Shown: positions 13,715-25,959 of the stretch, piece by piece
Position numbering within the stretch: the first letter of the stretch is position 1
Layout: the number at the start of each line of letters is the position of its first letter
DNA from: Octopus sinensis
Taxonomy: Eukaryota
Reading direction: 5' to 3'
NCBI RefSeq assembly: GCF_006345805.1
Contig: NC_043005.1
Span: forward strand, 97,588,001-97,652,000
Length of the DNA stretch: 64,000 nucleotides
Position numbers and translations under genes: made by a program
The notes under the pieces: model-generated
What the model was told of the DNA's origin: nothing
What the model saw: only the letters and a program-made list of their open reading frames with translations
Database searches by the model: none

Positions 13715-14163
13715 CTAACAAGAGATAAAACAAACAAAGACTCAATCAATATCTAAATACGTAGTTATAGAGCCATTAGCTGAAGACAGCAAAAGACAAG
13801 GTACAATACCGTTCCTGTTTCAAATGGTTGGAGAGAATGTGGAAAAGTACATGGCAGAAACAAACAACAAATTTAATCTATGACAATATTGAGCTAAAGT
13901 GAATCTCGTAAGAGTTTAGCTTTCAGAAATGACACAAACATTAAGCAGAAATAGCAAAAATATTATAGAGCTGACTGACTGATTAGTTTGTCAAAAGCTG
14001 TAGAAACAAAAGACATTGGAAGTAATGTGTGTGTGTGTGTGTGTACAGAGATAATGCATGGTGCATAAAAGATGAAATGGAATTGCAAAGAGACTTGTAA
14101 AAGTGATAGAAAAGTACAGTGAAATTGCCATGGGCAGTGGAGAAGACAATGTTTCAAGCAGTC

Positions 14164-14429
14164 CATCATCATCGTCATCTAACGTCTGCTTTCCATGCTA
14201 GCATGGGTTGGACGATTTCGACAGAGGTCTGGCGAACCAGATGGCAGCACCAGGCCCCAATCTTGATCTGGCAGTTTCTACAGCTGGATGCCCTTCCTAA
14301 CGCCAACCACTCCAAGAGTGTAGTGGGTGCTTTTTACGTGCCACCGGCATGGGGGCCAGTCAGGCGGTACTGGCAATGACCTCGCTCGAATCTTTTTACA
14401 CATGCCACCGGCACAGGTGCCAGTAAGGT
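14164..14429 (-). mobile_element. RTE LINE 3' tail (subfamily 2)
   Basis: Reverse complement of the GTGGTTGGCGTTAGGAAGGGCATCCAGCTGTAGAAAC...CATGCTAGCATGGAAA..(GAT)n tail that follows RTE ORF2 at 47600-48059. Confidence 0.88.
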
Positions 14430-14548
14430 GACAAGGGTAAAATGGCTGTAAGGAAAGAGTCAAAACAACAGTTTTACACATTCTCTATCTGAGCAACTAG
14501 CAACAACTGAGACAAAGATATGAGCTTGCGTATGTAGACAGGAAAGTA

Positions 14549-14584
<36 letters not shown>

Positions 14585-14629
14585 AAAGAGGAGGGGAAGC
14601 AGGTAAGGTGGAGGGAAAAATTAAGGTGA

Positions 14630-15660
14630 GAGGAAGCTGAAGGTTAAAAATGGAATTACTGAAATAAGATGAGAGTAAAGGAACAGAAAGTGTTTATTTA
14701 AGCTTGTTAGTGGCACGGTTTTGAGTTTGAATATGAAATGTTTTCCCATTTCCTCGAGTATGTGGATCCATGATATGCAGAGATGCTGCACACTGATAAA
14801 TGGATAATGGAACAGTTCATTGTGTTGAAGTGGGAGGCCATAGTCGGCTTGGCATACATTGTAGTGTGCTTCAGATATGTTTGCAGTTGAAGCAATATAT
14901 GAGGGTGGAAATTGTTGTGACTTAGGTCCGGTGATGATGGTTGTGCTGTTAGTATAAGGATAGGTATTGCAAACATAGACAAGCACATTTAAAAGTATCT
15001 GGTTGTGTATGGCTGGGTACTTTGGAGCTTCTAGCTAGGAAGTTGTTGAAGTTGAAGGCAAAGAGAGATGGTGCAGGAACAAAGTAGATTTTTTTTTTTT
15101 GGGGGGGGGGGGTAGGATTTGAAAGTTGCAGATGATTGTGTGTTTTACTGAAATGGTAGATGAATGAAATCTGGTGTCTAGGTAGGTATGAAAGCTGTGA
15201 AATAGTTGATGGACTGCGCCTCACAGAGTGCAGGAGGCACAATTGATCAAGGGTACCTTTGATTTACATTGTTTTTCCCTTTTTCTTTTTCAAATTTGAA
15301 TTAATGCTGCTGAGATGGCAAAACAAGAGGAATTGAGAGAATGCTATGGCAGATTTAGTGCGCTTGGGGTGAGAGGAACAGCAGAATCAGCATGTCTGTG
15401 ATGGATAGGTCAATATTGTGAATGGTGCAGAAAGAGATGGAAAAGTTGATTAAACTAGCAAAGGTGTCAGATATGATGGAGATAAATTCCAGGGTGAGGT
15501 GAAAGGAGTTAATGGAAGAATGAACCCTGTTGAGCTGTTGTCTGATGAGGGTGGCAGCACTGACAAAGCTGTCAATATAATAACTATACAACTCTGGGAT
15601 AATCTTGGGAAGTGAGTAAAAATTTGCACTTCAATGTGGCCTAATTAGATCTATCTTGGT
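14630..15660 (-). mobile_element. Degenerate Penelope-like element (RT C-terminus plus GIY-YIG endonuclease)
   Basis: Minus frames give YYIDSFVSAATLIRQQLNRVHSSINSFH (YxDD-region-like) and AKPTMASHFN..IIHLSVCSIS..FIFKLKTVPLTSLN, typical of Penelope RT and GIY-YIG C-termini. Many stops and frameshifts. Confidence 0.72.
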
Positions 15661-15808
15661 TTCTATAGCAACCCTGCTATCTTGTTTGTAAAAATTCTCC
15701 AGAGAAAGAAAAGCAATTAAGGGTTGGGATGAGTTCAGTTAAGCAGAAGAGTTATTCAGTGCTGGATACAGATGGGGGGGGGGGGGCATAAGTCTAGTAA
15801 GTGCTTAA

Positions 15809-16000
15809 CCCTTTTGATATCAACCTCACTGAAACCACCTTTGGCTCTGTAGTACAAATGTCTTGTTTTCACAAGTTTTGAATTAAAATCTTCCACCAAA
15901 CCTTAGTCACAATTTATGTTCCTAACACTAGCTTAATGATAACCAAGTTATTTTACTAAATTCTTAGTTATATTTAAACAGAAATATGGTAATAAAAGGG
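15809..16000 (+). mobile_element. piggyBac-type MITE, family 1
   Basis: TTAA|CCCTTTTGATA...ATAAAAGGG|TTAA; homologous to 28831-29052 and 51495-51703. Confidence 0.88.
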
Positions 16001-16004
16001 TTAA

Positions 16005-16240
16005 GGACTGATAGGACATTGCTGTACATGACTGTGTGGAGTAGTTTAATGTCCTTGGGGAAAAGGTGCATCAACTGTGCAGGTAGAAAAGAAAAGCTGA
16101 AAAGTTCTGGGCATGGTAGATGTTTTCAATGTGTGTAGTTAAGGTGGCAACGAGGAGTGATAATATATTGCCAAAAATATGCAGAGGTATAAGTAGAGGA
16201 GGATATTTTGTTTGAGTAATTCTGGGAGTTGTATTTCTCT
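16005..16240 (-). mobile_element. Degenerate L2/CR1-like LINE ORF2 C-terminal fragment
   Basis: Minus translation LYLCIFLAIYYHSSLPP..VDAP resembles the L(S/C)LFYRYYHG..S-ELA..VP C-terminal motif; heavily decayed. Confidence 0.4.
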
Positions 16241-19199
16241 GGTACCTACATCAGAAACAAAAGTACAACTTTTCCTGACTAGACAGTATGGGATGTTACA
16301 TTTTGTATGTGCTGGATGGTATCATTTAAAATTCAGGTACTGATGTATATCTGTCATCCTCATCATTTGATGTCCAAGTTCCATTCTGACATAGGTTGGA
16401 CAGATCATTAAGTAATCATTAAGAGGGTAAAAGAGAAGTTTACTGAAAAGTTCCAACACATTCTGGATGGACTATAATATCTGTATTACATTAAAAGTCA
16501 GTCTGAATCTTGCTTGTAATGTTACCCAGCCAATCTGGTGCATAATGGGAAAAGATTATGTTGAGTTGGAGATGTCACAATTTGAGTCAATTCTTATTTG
16601 GAGCTAATACCTCTTAATGCCAACCATTCAACAGTGTACTGGGTGCATTTTATTATGGCACCCCTAACTATAGAGGACGCCTCGTTCCTTGAAAGACTGA
16701 AAATATTCTCACTACTTTACAATGTCTTCAAAAAGGTGAATAGAAGAGTGTGACAACAGAAGGAGAACTAGGGTAAGATGAGATAAGAGAGAGTTTGGTG
16801 GTAGAAATATAGTGTTAAGAGCAGAAGGGTAGTAGAAGAGGCTGTGATGGAAGACAAAGAGTGATGGCAAGTACATTTTGAGTGCTAAGGGGATTGAGTA
16901 AAAACATGAACAGTATCATAAGGGAGAGTGATGGAGTAATGGAAACAGAGTGATATATGTCAATAAGGAGAGAAAAAGATGGATAGCAAATAAGACAGGA
17001 ATAGACATCAATAAAGGAAAGCTAATGACAGTGTATTGAATACAGATATCCAGTGCTATGATTAGGAGAGATTAGATGAGAGTGTCAAAGGAGAGGGTAT
17101 TGGATGAAAAAGATCCAAATATAGATATATTATACACACTAACCCCTATCAATATAGACACTACTGTCTATTTTCTGTTATTTCAATTCACTCTAACTTG
17201 CTATCATAGATTAAACTTGACATCCAAGTGTCTTTGTGTGCATGAGACAAGATATATAAACATCCTTGTCCTAGATGAACTATTGAATTAGATAGGGTAT
17301 TCTGATGAGTTTAGCAAACAGGATTTATATAAAATATGTCTACACAAGAAATATAAGCACTTAATTAGTAGGAGTGCTTCTCTAAATCCCTTACTTTTAT
17401 TTCCCATAGCACAGGTTACCAAAGCTCATGGGCTTTGGCATTTAACATTAAATAAACAACAGAAATTTCAAACAGCAATATTAAGAGAATTTACTATCAT
17501 AAGCAAAGTCTTCAGAGATCTCCAGTTGCTTAACTAATTTGGGGGTTAAGAAATTTCATGGTAGTCATCTTTGACTAACTTCAATATGCTGTAATCAAAA
17601 TAGAGTGGTTTCTACTAAACTTCTAATAGATACCAATTAAAAATAAACTGACGCAGACTAACATCAAACAACACAACTAAAAGAAAAACAAAATCAATAT
17701 AAGAGAAAAATAAAATGAAGCAAATGACACACTAATATTGATTTCTTAGAATAAGCACACAACTACAAAAGTGTGTGTGTGTGTGAGGGAGGAGTATGGT
17801 TGATTATATCGACTCCAAGAGAACAGAGCAAAAACTAAACTGACCTTAGGATAAGGCACAATAATGAAAATAAGCATTAAAAAGAAATGAGGGGAAACAG
17901 AGAAAATACAGATACTCCAGTGTAGTTAAATTAGTTAACCTCTTAACAAATTAGAAGTGTCTATACAACAGGCCCCTAACCTAGTTTTCTGTATCATTAA
18001 GCATATAAGAAACAGATCTGAAGAAGACAGTCAGTATTTTAATGTAATCTAGAAGGCCTAGTACTAACTCTCTATTAGGTTCAACAGAAGCAAATAAAAC
18101 TGGCTAAGAATACATAATGAATCCTCAAACCCAAAAGCCATTCTCTTTCTCTAAGCTTCAGCATGGGCACTGCTACTGTTACCACTACTATTTTAAGGTT
18201 TTCTTTTCCATACTTGCATGGTTAGACCAGTGGTTTTCAAATGGGTCCATCTTAATAAAACAGGAATGAAAGAGATCCATAGCAAAAAAAAAAAAAAAAT
18301 GGTTGAGAACCCCTGGGTCAGACAAAATTCTTTGAGACAAAATTTTTTCTATGGTTCTTCTAATTACCAATCTTCACCTTCCCAAATCAAGGTGATATTT
18401 CTCCCAAGTCTGGACATTTCTTCATGAAAGATTGCAAACAAACAACATTGTATCATATTTGTTTACATTTAACACAATGTCAGGGTGAGACACATGGGCA
18501 TGTAATTTTTTTTTCTTTTAAGTTGCCATTAACCAAATTCACTGACATGTCTTTGGCCAGCTGAGGTTATAACAGTAAGAGATATTTGCCCAAGGTACCA
18601 CACAGTAGGACTGAACTCGAAACCACAAAGCAAAACTTCTCAGTTGCACAGCTATGCCTGCAATCATAAAGTTTTTGATATAACCCACCAAATCTATTAC
18701 AAAGGCTATGGTAGTATTTTGATAAAAAATGAAATGTTAAGCTAAGGTGACAGCCATAGGTTACTAGGGTTTAAGTCAACACAACAAAGAACCAAACCAA
18801 AGTACATTGGCAGGAAAGATGCATATGAATTTGGTAAAACACATCAATATGGTCATCATGTTAGCAAGGAAACCCAGAACTTAGCATGTGCTAAATACTA
18901 ACCAGCAACCATCAAGAACCAGATGCCTCTGCTAATTTTACCATTCCAATTGTCATTCAATAAATTCTTAAATTACGACAGACCTGTAAATCGTTTTGAT
19001 ACCAATCCACCCAAGACTGCCCCAGGTTCTGACAAAAACTTTTTATGATAACAAAAGGGTTAAGTCTTCAAATTTCATTCTGTCAATCATAATAAACCTC
19101 ACACATTTTTCATCTCTATATGCCATATCATGTCCAGCATATCTTGCTCCATCAATGGGGATGTTTAATGTTTTCTAATGAAGGTTCAACTCAGTGACG

Positions 19200-19440
19200 T
19201 GTAACACCAAAGCTATAATATTAACAAACTTAAAGAAAATATATGTACTACATGCTCATCTCTCAAAGACAGGTCTCAGTATATATCATATTTCTGGCTC
19301 CAAACCCTTCTACAGATACTACTGTCTCCACTCACAACTCATCTCTCGCTTCAATCTCTCACCACACTCTATTGCCTTCACTTTCAACTCTCTACATACG
19401 GTTACATTGCCAGTGCACAACTCTTGGTTTGAAATTCTGG
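19200..19440 (+). mobile_element. Degenerate L2/CR1-like LINE ORF2 C-terminal fragment
   Basis: Track ORF 19194-19523 contains PFYRYYCLHS..HTVTLP, resembling the same C-terminal motif. Confidence 0.4.
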
Positions 19441-20199
19441 GAACAATACTGAATATGACAGGCACCAGAAGCAGGCCAGAAGATACAATGGCTGAAACAT
19501 TGTGGCTATTACAACCAAAATGAGGACACTATTCTGAACATATCAGTGTCTAGCGGATCCTTACTATCGCACTTTTCAGTTCAGATGTCACCTGCCATGC
19601 CATGTGCACGGCTCCAACAACACTCCCATCAACTGTATTTGTTGCCCGTCACTTGTGATTTACTTATTTCCTTGTACATGGCTGCCATGTGTAGCCTTAT
19701 ATAGACCAACAGGAAGTAAAGTGATAATATGTTTGAATTAACAAACTGTAGATCAGATAATGCAATAAAAAGAAAGTAAAATTTTCAGTCTTGTAAAAAC
19801 TGGTTGAACAAGTGTGAGCAATTGTTTGGTTGAAGAAACATACTTTGAACATAAAAAATATCTACCCACTACTGTTACTTAAATCAATGACCCAAAAAAA
19901 AAAAAAAAAAAAAAAATCGGTTTAATAATTAAATGGGAGTAATCATGAGGCAGTAATGATTCTGGCCTTTGAATATTAATTTCCTTTTACAAGATAACAA
20001 GATCAACATTATGTGATCAGAAAATACAGTGATTTTAACCTTTTCTTTAGTGATAATGTTGAAATAAATTTATACTGTCAAGTGGTGAAAGAAGAAAACC
20101 TGACCAGAGTATAATCGGGCGTGTTGATATAAACAGTGATAACATGTGCCAACTCAGATAATTAGATCAACTGTGGATAAATCACACACAAATAAACTA

Positions 20200-21154
20200 A
20201 ATATAGTTTTTTATTATGTTAAACGTTTTTTAAAGCAGCTTCAGATAAAACAGTTGAAAATAGGGGCAACACTTTAAAAACAATACAATAAAATTACAAG
20301 AAATAAAACAGATTTTATCATATATAATAATTTATGTGGACATATCTGATTTAGAAAAACAAAACAAAAAAACTTCTAATTATACTTTGGTAACAATATC
20401 AGTTAAATTAACAATCAATAATTTTATACGGCCTATGATCCGCTTTCCTGGTATGTACTGGTAGAAGCTACCCTTAAATACAGTCACATATATATCAGCA
20501 GAAAGATTTCTATATGGGATGGTAATTTACATGGAAGTTATCCACAGGTTATACAAGTACTTATTTCAGGCAGTATTTTTATGGCTAGATGTTCTTCCTG
20601 TCTTAAACCAATTACTAATTTACAAATAAGGAAGCGTTTTTTTTTTCTACTACCTCTAAGAGTGCCCAAGTTATGCGATGTATTTTTTTACCGGAAATGT
20701 AAACATGACATCATTGTATTTTTCACTCAGATGATTTTATGTGAGAAGTGGAACTGATGACTTTCATGCATGTACACATATATGGAGGGCTTCCATGTAG
20801 TCTCTTTCAACCAATTTCACTCACAAGGAATTGGTTGACATGAAGCATTAATAGAAGACACTTGCCTGAGTTGTCAAGCAATGAAATTAATATAACATTA
20901 CATAATTTAAGATAAATATCTAAAATTGGTGCTTATAATATCATATACGAGTGGTGTATGAAAAGTTTTGAGCCTTGAAGTCTTGTACCATGTTTTGTTT
21001 TTTTCTGAGGCTCAAAACCCCTCATATATTAAAATACTAACTATTAATCTAGTTAATCACACACACACACACGCAGAGCCACTATTTGTAGTATCATCAT
21101 GAAAGTATTCCTCAGATGATAATAGTGTATTACTGACATAAAACAATCACTATT
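20200..21154 (+). repeat. Left arm of a 955-bp near-perfect inverted duplication
   Basis: Reverse complement of 21844-22798; I count 6 substitutions and no indels by eye. Confidence 0.97.
20948..21024. mobile_element. Small mariner-derived MITE inside the duplicated arm (mirror copy 21974-22050)
   Basis: TA|CGAGTGG..AAAAGTTTTGAGCCT ... AGGCTCAAAACCCCTCA|TA inverted ends. Confidence 0.6.
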
Positions 21155-21831
21155 TAAAGTTTGGTGATATTACTATGCCAATATATTAAATACCTTCCAA
21201 TAATTGCTTATTTTTGGCCATTCTTGCAGTCCTGTGAAAATTTTCATGCATATATATGACAACATATCATCTAACCAGGTGAGCAGGCGTATATTAGTAT
21301 TATTCTGGCCCAGTTTTATTGTTCCAGTTACCAATAATTTCAGGAGAAATAAATTTGAAAAAAATAACCTAGTCAATTGAAATTAGGATCAATATCAGAA
21401 GAAAAATCGGATAAAAATAGTTTGAGTAAGATTAATGTCCATTCAGCAACATTAGCTGAAGTGTCGTTAGACTCAAGTCTCTTTAACATTTCTTACAGTA
21501 CTGTGCTTGCTGTTGTCTATCTTCAGCTTCATAATCTCACAAATCAATACCAGATTATTTACTGCAAAGTATTCAAAGCATTTTCTTCAATATTGTCAAT
21601 ATTGCTGTTAGTAAAATTTTCAAAGTTATATTCAATTTGACATTGATCATCAGAACTCATGATAGTGTAAGTTATGTAGTTATAAAACAATAAATCCCAT
21701 GTTATGACAAAGATAATGGCTGTTCTCTCCAGTAAGGTGAGCTTTGACAAAGTTTGGCTGTTCACAATAAGAAGAGGTCATAATATATATGCATGTACGC
21801 ACACTTGAGCATGATTGTAGAATGGTAAAGG
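21155..21831 (-). pseudogene. Old piggyBac transposase N-terminal remnant forming the spacer of the inverted repeat
   Basis: ORF 21173-21376: LFFSNLFLLKLLVTGT..DDMLSYICMKIFTGLQEWPKISNYW, comparable to the PGBD motif LFF..LLDLIV.ETN..EMKAFIG..ILMG...P.I.DYW and to the 53974 ORF. Acidic N-terminus MSSDDQ..; terminus-like AAAGG|TTAC at 21827-21835. Confidence 0.6.
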
Positions 21832-21843
21832 TTACAAGAAAAT

Positions 21844-22798
21844 AATAGTGATTGTTTTATGTCAGTAATACACTATTATCATCTGAGGAATACTTTCATG
21901 ATGATACTACAAATGGTGGCTCTGCGTGTGTGTGTGTGTGATTAACTAGATTAATAGTTAGTATTTTAATATATGAGGGGTTTTGAGCCTCAGAAAAAAA
22001 CAAAACATGGTACAAGACTTCAAGGCTCAAAACTTTTCATACACCACTTGTATATGATATTATAAGCACCAATTTTAGATATTTATCTTAAATTATGTAA
22101 TGTTATATTAATTTCATTGCTTGACAACTCAGGCAAGTGTCTTCTATTAATGCTTCATGTCAACCAATTCCTTGTGAGTGAAATTGGTTGAAAGAGACTA
22201 CATGGAAGCCCTCCATATATGTGTACATGCATGAAAGTCATCAGTTCCACTTCTCACATAAAATCATCTGAGTGAAAAATACAATGATGTCATGTTTACA
22301 TTTCCGGTAAAAAAATACATCGCATAACTTGGGCACTCTTAGAGGTAGTAGAAAAAAAAAACGCTTCCTTATTTGTAAATTAGTAATTGGTTTAAGACAG
22401 GAAGAACATCTAGCCATAAAAATACTGCCTGAAATAAGTACTTGTATAACCTGTGGATAACTTCCATGTAAATTACCATCCCATATAGAAATCTTTCTGC
22501 TGATATATATGTGACTGTATTTAAGGGTAGCTTCTACCAGTACATGCCAGGAAAGCGGATCATAGGCCGTATAAAATTATTGATTGTTAATTTAACTGAT
22601 ATTGTTACCAAAGTAATATTAGAAGTTTTTTTGTTTTGTTTTTCTAAATCAGATATGTCCACATAAATTATTATATATGATAAAATCTGTTTTATTTCTT
22701 GTAATTTTATTGTATTGTTTTTAAAGTGTTGCCCCTATTTTCAACTGTTTTATCTGAAGCTGCTTTAAAAAAAGTTTAACATAATAAAAAACTATATT
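21844..22798 (-). repeat. Right arm of the 955-bp inverted duplication
   Basis: See left arm; paired coordinates sum to 42998 at both ends. Confidence 0.97.
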
Positions 22799-25700
22799 AA
22801 GGCTGTTTCTAACAGACTGCATTTTCAGTAGCCTCCTGGAAAGAAGTCCTAGTGGTCTGGAATCTTCCTTGCCACATTGGAAATAGTGAAAATAGTGATA
22901 TTGGGAAATGTGTACGTCAACAACTCTAGAAAGCTTGACTGTACAAGTATCTTTTTGTGCAATGCAGATCATGTATCTTGGAACTCGAGTGTGGTGCTTG
23001 TAGCAGTCAGGGCATCATGTACATCTCTTGATGATGAAATTCCACCACATCAGTAGTTTCCTCAGTCATCAAGACACAAGGTAGGTGTACCACAGGCAGG
23101 TGAGATTCCCTGGTTGCCCTCACAACTGTATCTTCTGTTGCTACTGCTCTTTAAGAAGAGCAATCAGCAAAGGATCCAGAATTCAAAGAGGATGGTCATC
23201 AATTGAATTCAATGGCCAACTGCAAGCAAGCAAGTAGTAAGCTATATATATATAAATTATCCATATTTATGGATGATATAAGGCTAGTAATGCATGTATA
23301 TGTCTTAATTTTTCGTACATTTGTATTAGAACACACAGCCATATTGAGAATGGATATTACTGAATTTGTTGACCCACTAACTGCTGAAACATAACTGTCC
23401 CTGAATATTTCCCTAAGACATGTTGAAGTATGTATCTACTGAGCAGCTGATACGATGGAAGTGAAATATCAAAAGAGGGTGGGAAAATCATTTGTGCAAC
23501 AGCAATCAAATAAATGTATATGGGTTGTAGTGAATTCCTTCCAAAGCAAAGAGTACTTTGTGAGGGCAAATAGGAAATGGGTTAGTAAGTTAATGGCTCT
23601 AAATGCCCATCCAAACAGGAACTTTTATACTTTTTTAAAGAATTTTAAGAAGATGAAATGTACTATCACTATAATTTAAATCAATAATGCTATTAAAAAA
23701 ATATTTTGGTTCAACAATTTTAAGGCACCTGGACAAGTGTCTTTTATAGACAGAAATTAATAAAATGGAAATGTGCATACGTGTCCAATGTCCTTGTTCT
23801 GACATGTTGGTCATTCATACATTTGTTTGCAATCTTCTATAAAGACATTTTCAGCCATTGTACTATTTGTTTTCCAAGGATTAAAGGGCTGAGATGTCTG
23901 GCAATATGAGGTTCATGATCTGCTTACTTAGACTAGACAAGATCTGCTTATCTAGACTAAAATGAGTTATGTAAGCTCTATGCATATTGTGCTCCACCCA
24001 CGTTACAGTGATTTATCAGTCACTGAGCCAAATCATTTTTCATCATGCACTCTGCCATCTCCTCCTCCACACAGCCTACCCAACTATGTCATTTCTCTTT
24101 CTCTCTCATTTGTCAACTGCATCATCATTACTAACCTGCCACTCTCCACCACCCTGTTTACAAGGTAGCATGGCCAATTCTCCCGAGCATATTGCCAACA
24201 GATCACTCCATTTTTCTCCAACTCATGGTTCAGTGGTCATCCATCCTTCAACCCCACCCAATTTTCATAGCTGTTTCCCCATCTCCTGCTCCCAATAGAA
24301 TCTTGTGAACCACCTACCATCCACTTCTATCCACTTGAGCACCTCCTACCAATCATTTATCTTTTCTTTCTCTCCTTCTCCTACTAAATGTGAGTAGCCA
24401 TGGCAGACCCTCTACACAAATGTGCTATGACAGCTGTCCCATCTTCTCTCATATCTTAACCTCTTGTTCTCCAGCATAAAGCCAATCCCCACCTCTCTTG
24501 GGCTTCTTACTCTTGTGAGCTGCATGGTGATCTCAGCAGTGCTGGTGGCATGAAAAGCACATAGTACATGCTGTTAAGTGTTAGGAAGGACATCCAACCA
24601 TAGGAAAACCATGCCAGAGGAGTTATTGGGACACAATGCAATCCTTGGAGCCATTGGATCCTGTTAAACCACCCACCCGTGGTTGAAAACAAATGAAAGA
24701 TGGTGACAAGAAGAGCATCTAGCTGTAAGAAATCTGCCTAAATGAATTTTATCTTACTCTGACAAGTATAGAAAAATGGATGCTATGATGAGTAGTAGTA
24801 GTAGTAATTCATATTATTTTTTCAGTTGGCAGTAATTGTCTCCCAAATGAAATGTATCACTGACTTACAATATTTTGGTTCAACAATTTTAAGCTAGTAG
24901 AATATAAACTAAACAGTTACATAAAACCAATACTTGTTTTCAGATAGATATGTTCCTTAACAAGTCACCTATTGTAATCTGAATAGAAAAATTAAAAGAA
25001 ATAATTCCTATATCGGAGTCCACACCCAGTTGTTGAATGTTGGATGATGAATTGCTTTATAGAAAAGTTCAATGACATTTTAAAACTCGAACAAATAAGA
25101 ATAATTTTCTAAGCACAGATTAAAATAAGGAAATATAATAGCAGTCAAAAGTATATACTTTCAAGATATTATAGCTATTGACAATCAGTTAAGAAGAACT
25201 TTCAAAGATTTATTATTATTCCACATCAACAGGAACTGAATACAAGTTTATTACATGCATATTTCAATATAGTAGTTTTTGATATACTTTAAAGAAAAAT
25301 CAGTTTTAATGATAATATTAATTTATATTTTCAGCTTTTCCAACAGCCATTGGTGGTGTTGTTCTGAATCACTTCAGTAGCCACCATGTTTATCTTTATG
25401 AAGGCAAACTTGAAGTAGAGTACATAATACTAGATCTACATGTGGGGACTGATAGATATACAGTCAGAAAAAAAAAATCATTTCAAGGTAATCTTCAAAG
25501 TCCTTTTTATGTTAGTGTTGATAAATTGAATACCTGAAGAGCTATAAATGTAAATTGCAATTTAACATGGAGATTTTTTTTTTCTGTATTATAAAAACAG
25601 ATATTTGTTCAACTTCAGATGTTTCATATTTCCAACTCTTTGAGTGGCAGGATTAAAAGCTTTACAGTATTCTTGTTTTTTTCCTCTTAAATGTGTTCAA

Positions 25701-25959
25701 ATGTTGCTAGGATTGACTTATCTTTGAACCCTAGGAGGAGAGTTAAAATTAGTAACACTAATTATACTGAGGCAGATCAATAGACAATAGCCCTGTTCAA
25801 TAAAAATCAGTTTCATGCTAAGTAAAAAAAAACAAAAAAAACTTTGCATCATGAAATCAGGAACGGTTTACTTGAATACATTCATAAAACTGTTTCTAAT
25901 AAGCTATCATTTCTATTTCTGCCTAATCTCCTAAGCTTTAAGTAAATGAGAAGCAATAA

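Noticed and set aside
17302-17330. CTGATGA-GTTT-AGC-AAAC hammerhead-like start
   Set aside because: Followed by AGGA rather than GAAA, and stems I and III cannot be formed.
22800-23200. Moderately GC-rich block with Cys/His-containing minus frames next to the right arm
   Set aside because: Stops in all plausible frames, no family assignable and no splice-compatible match to DCAF15.
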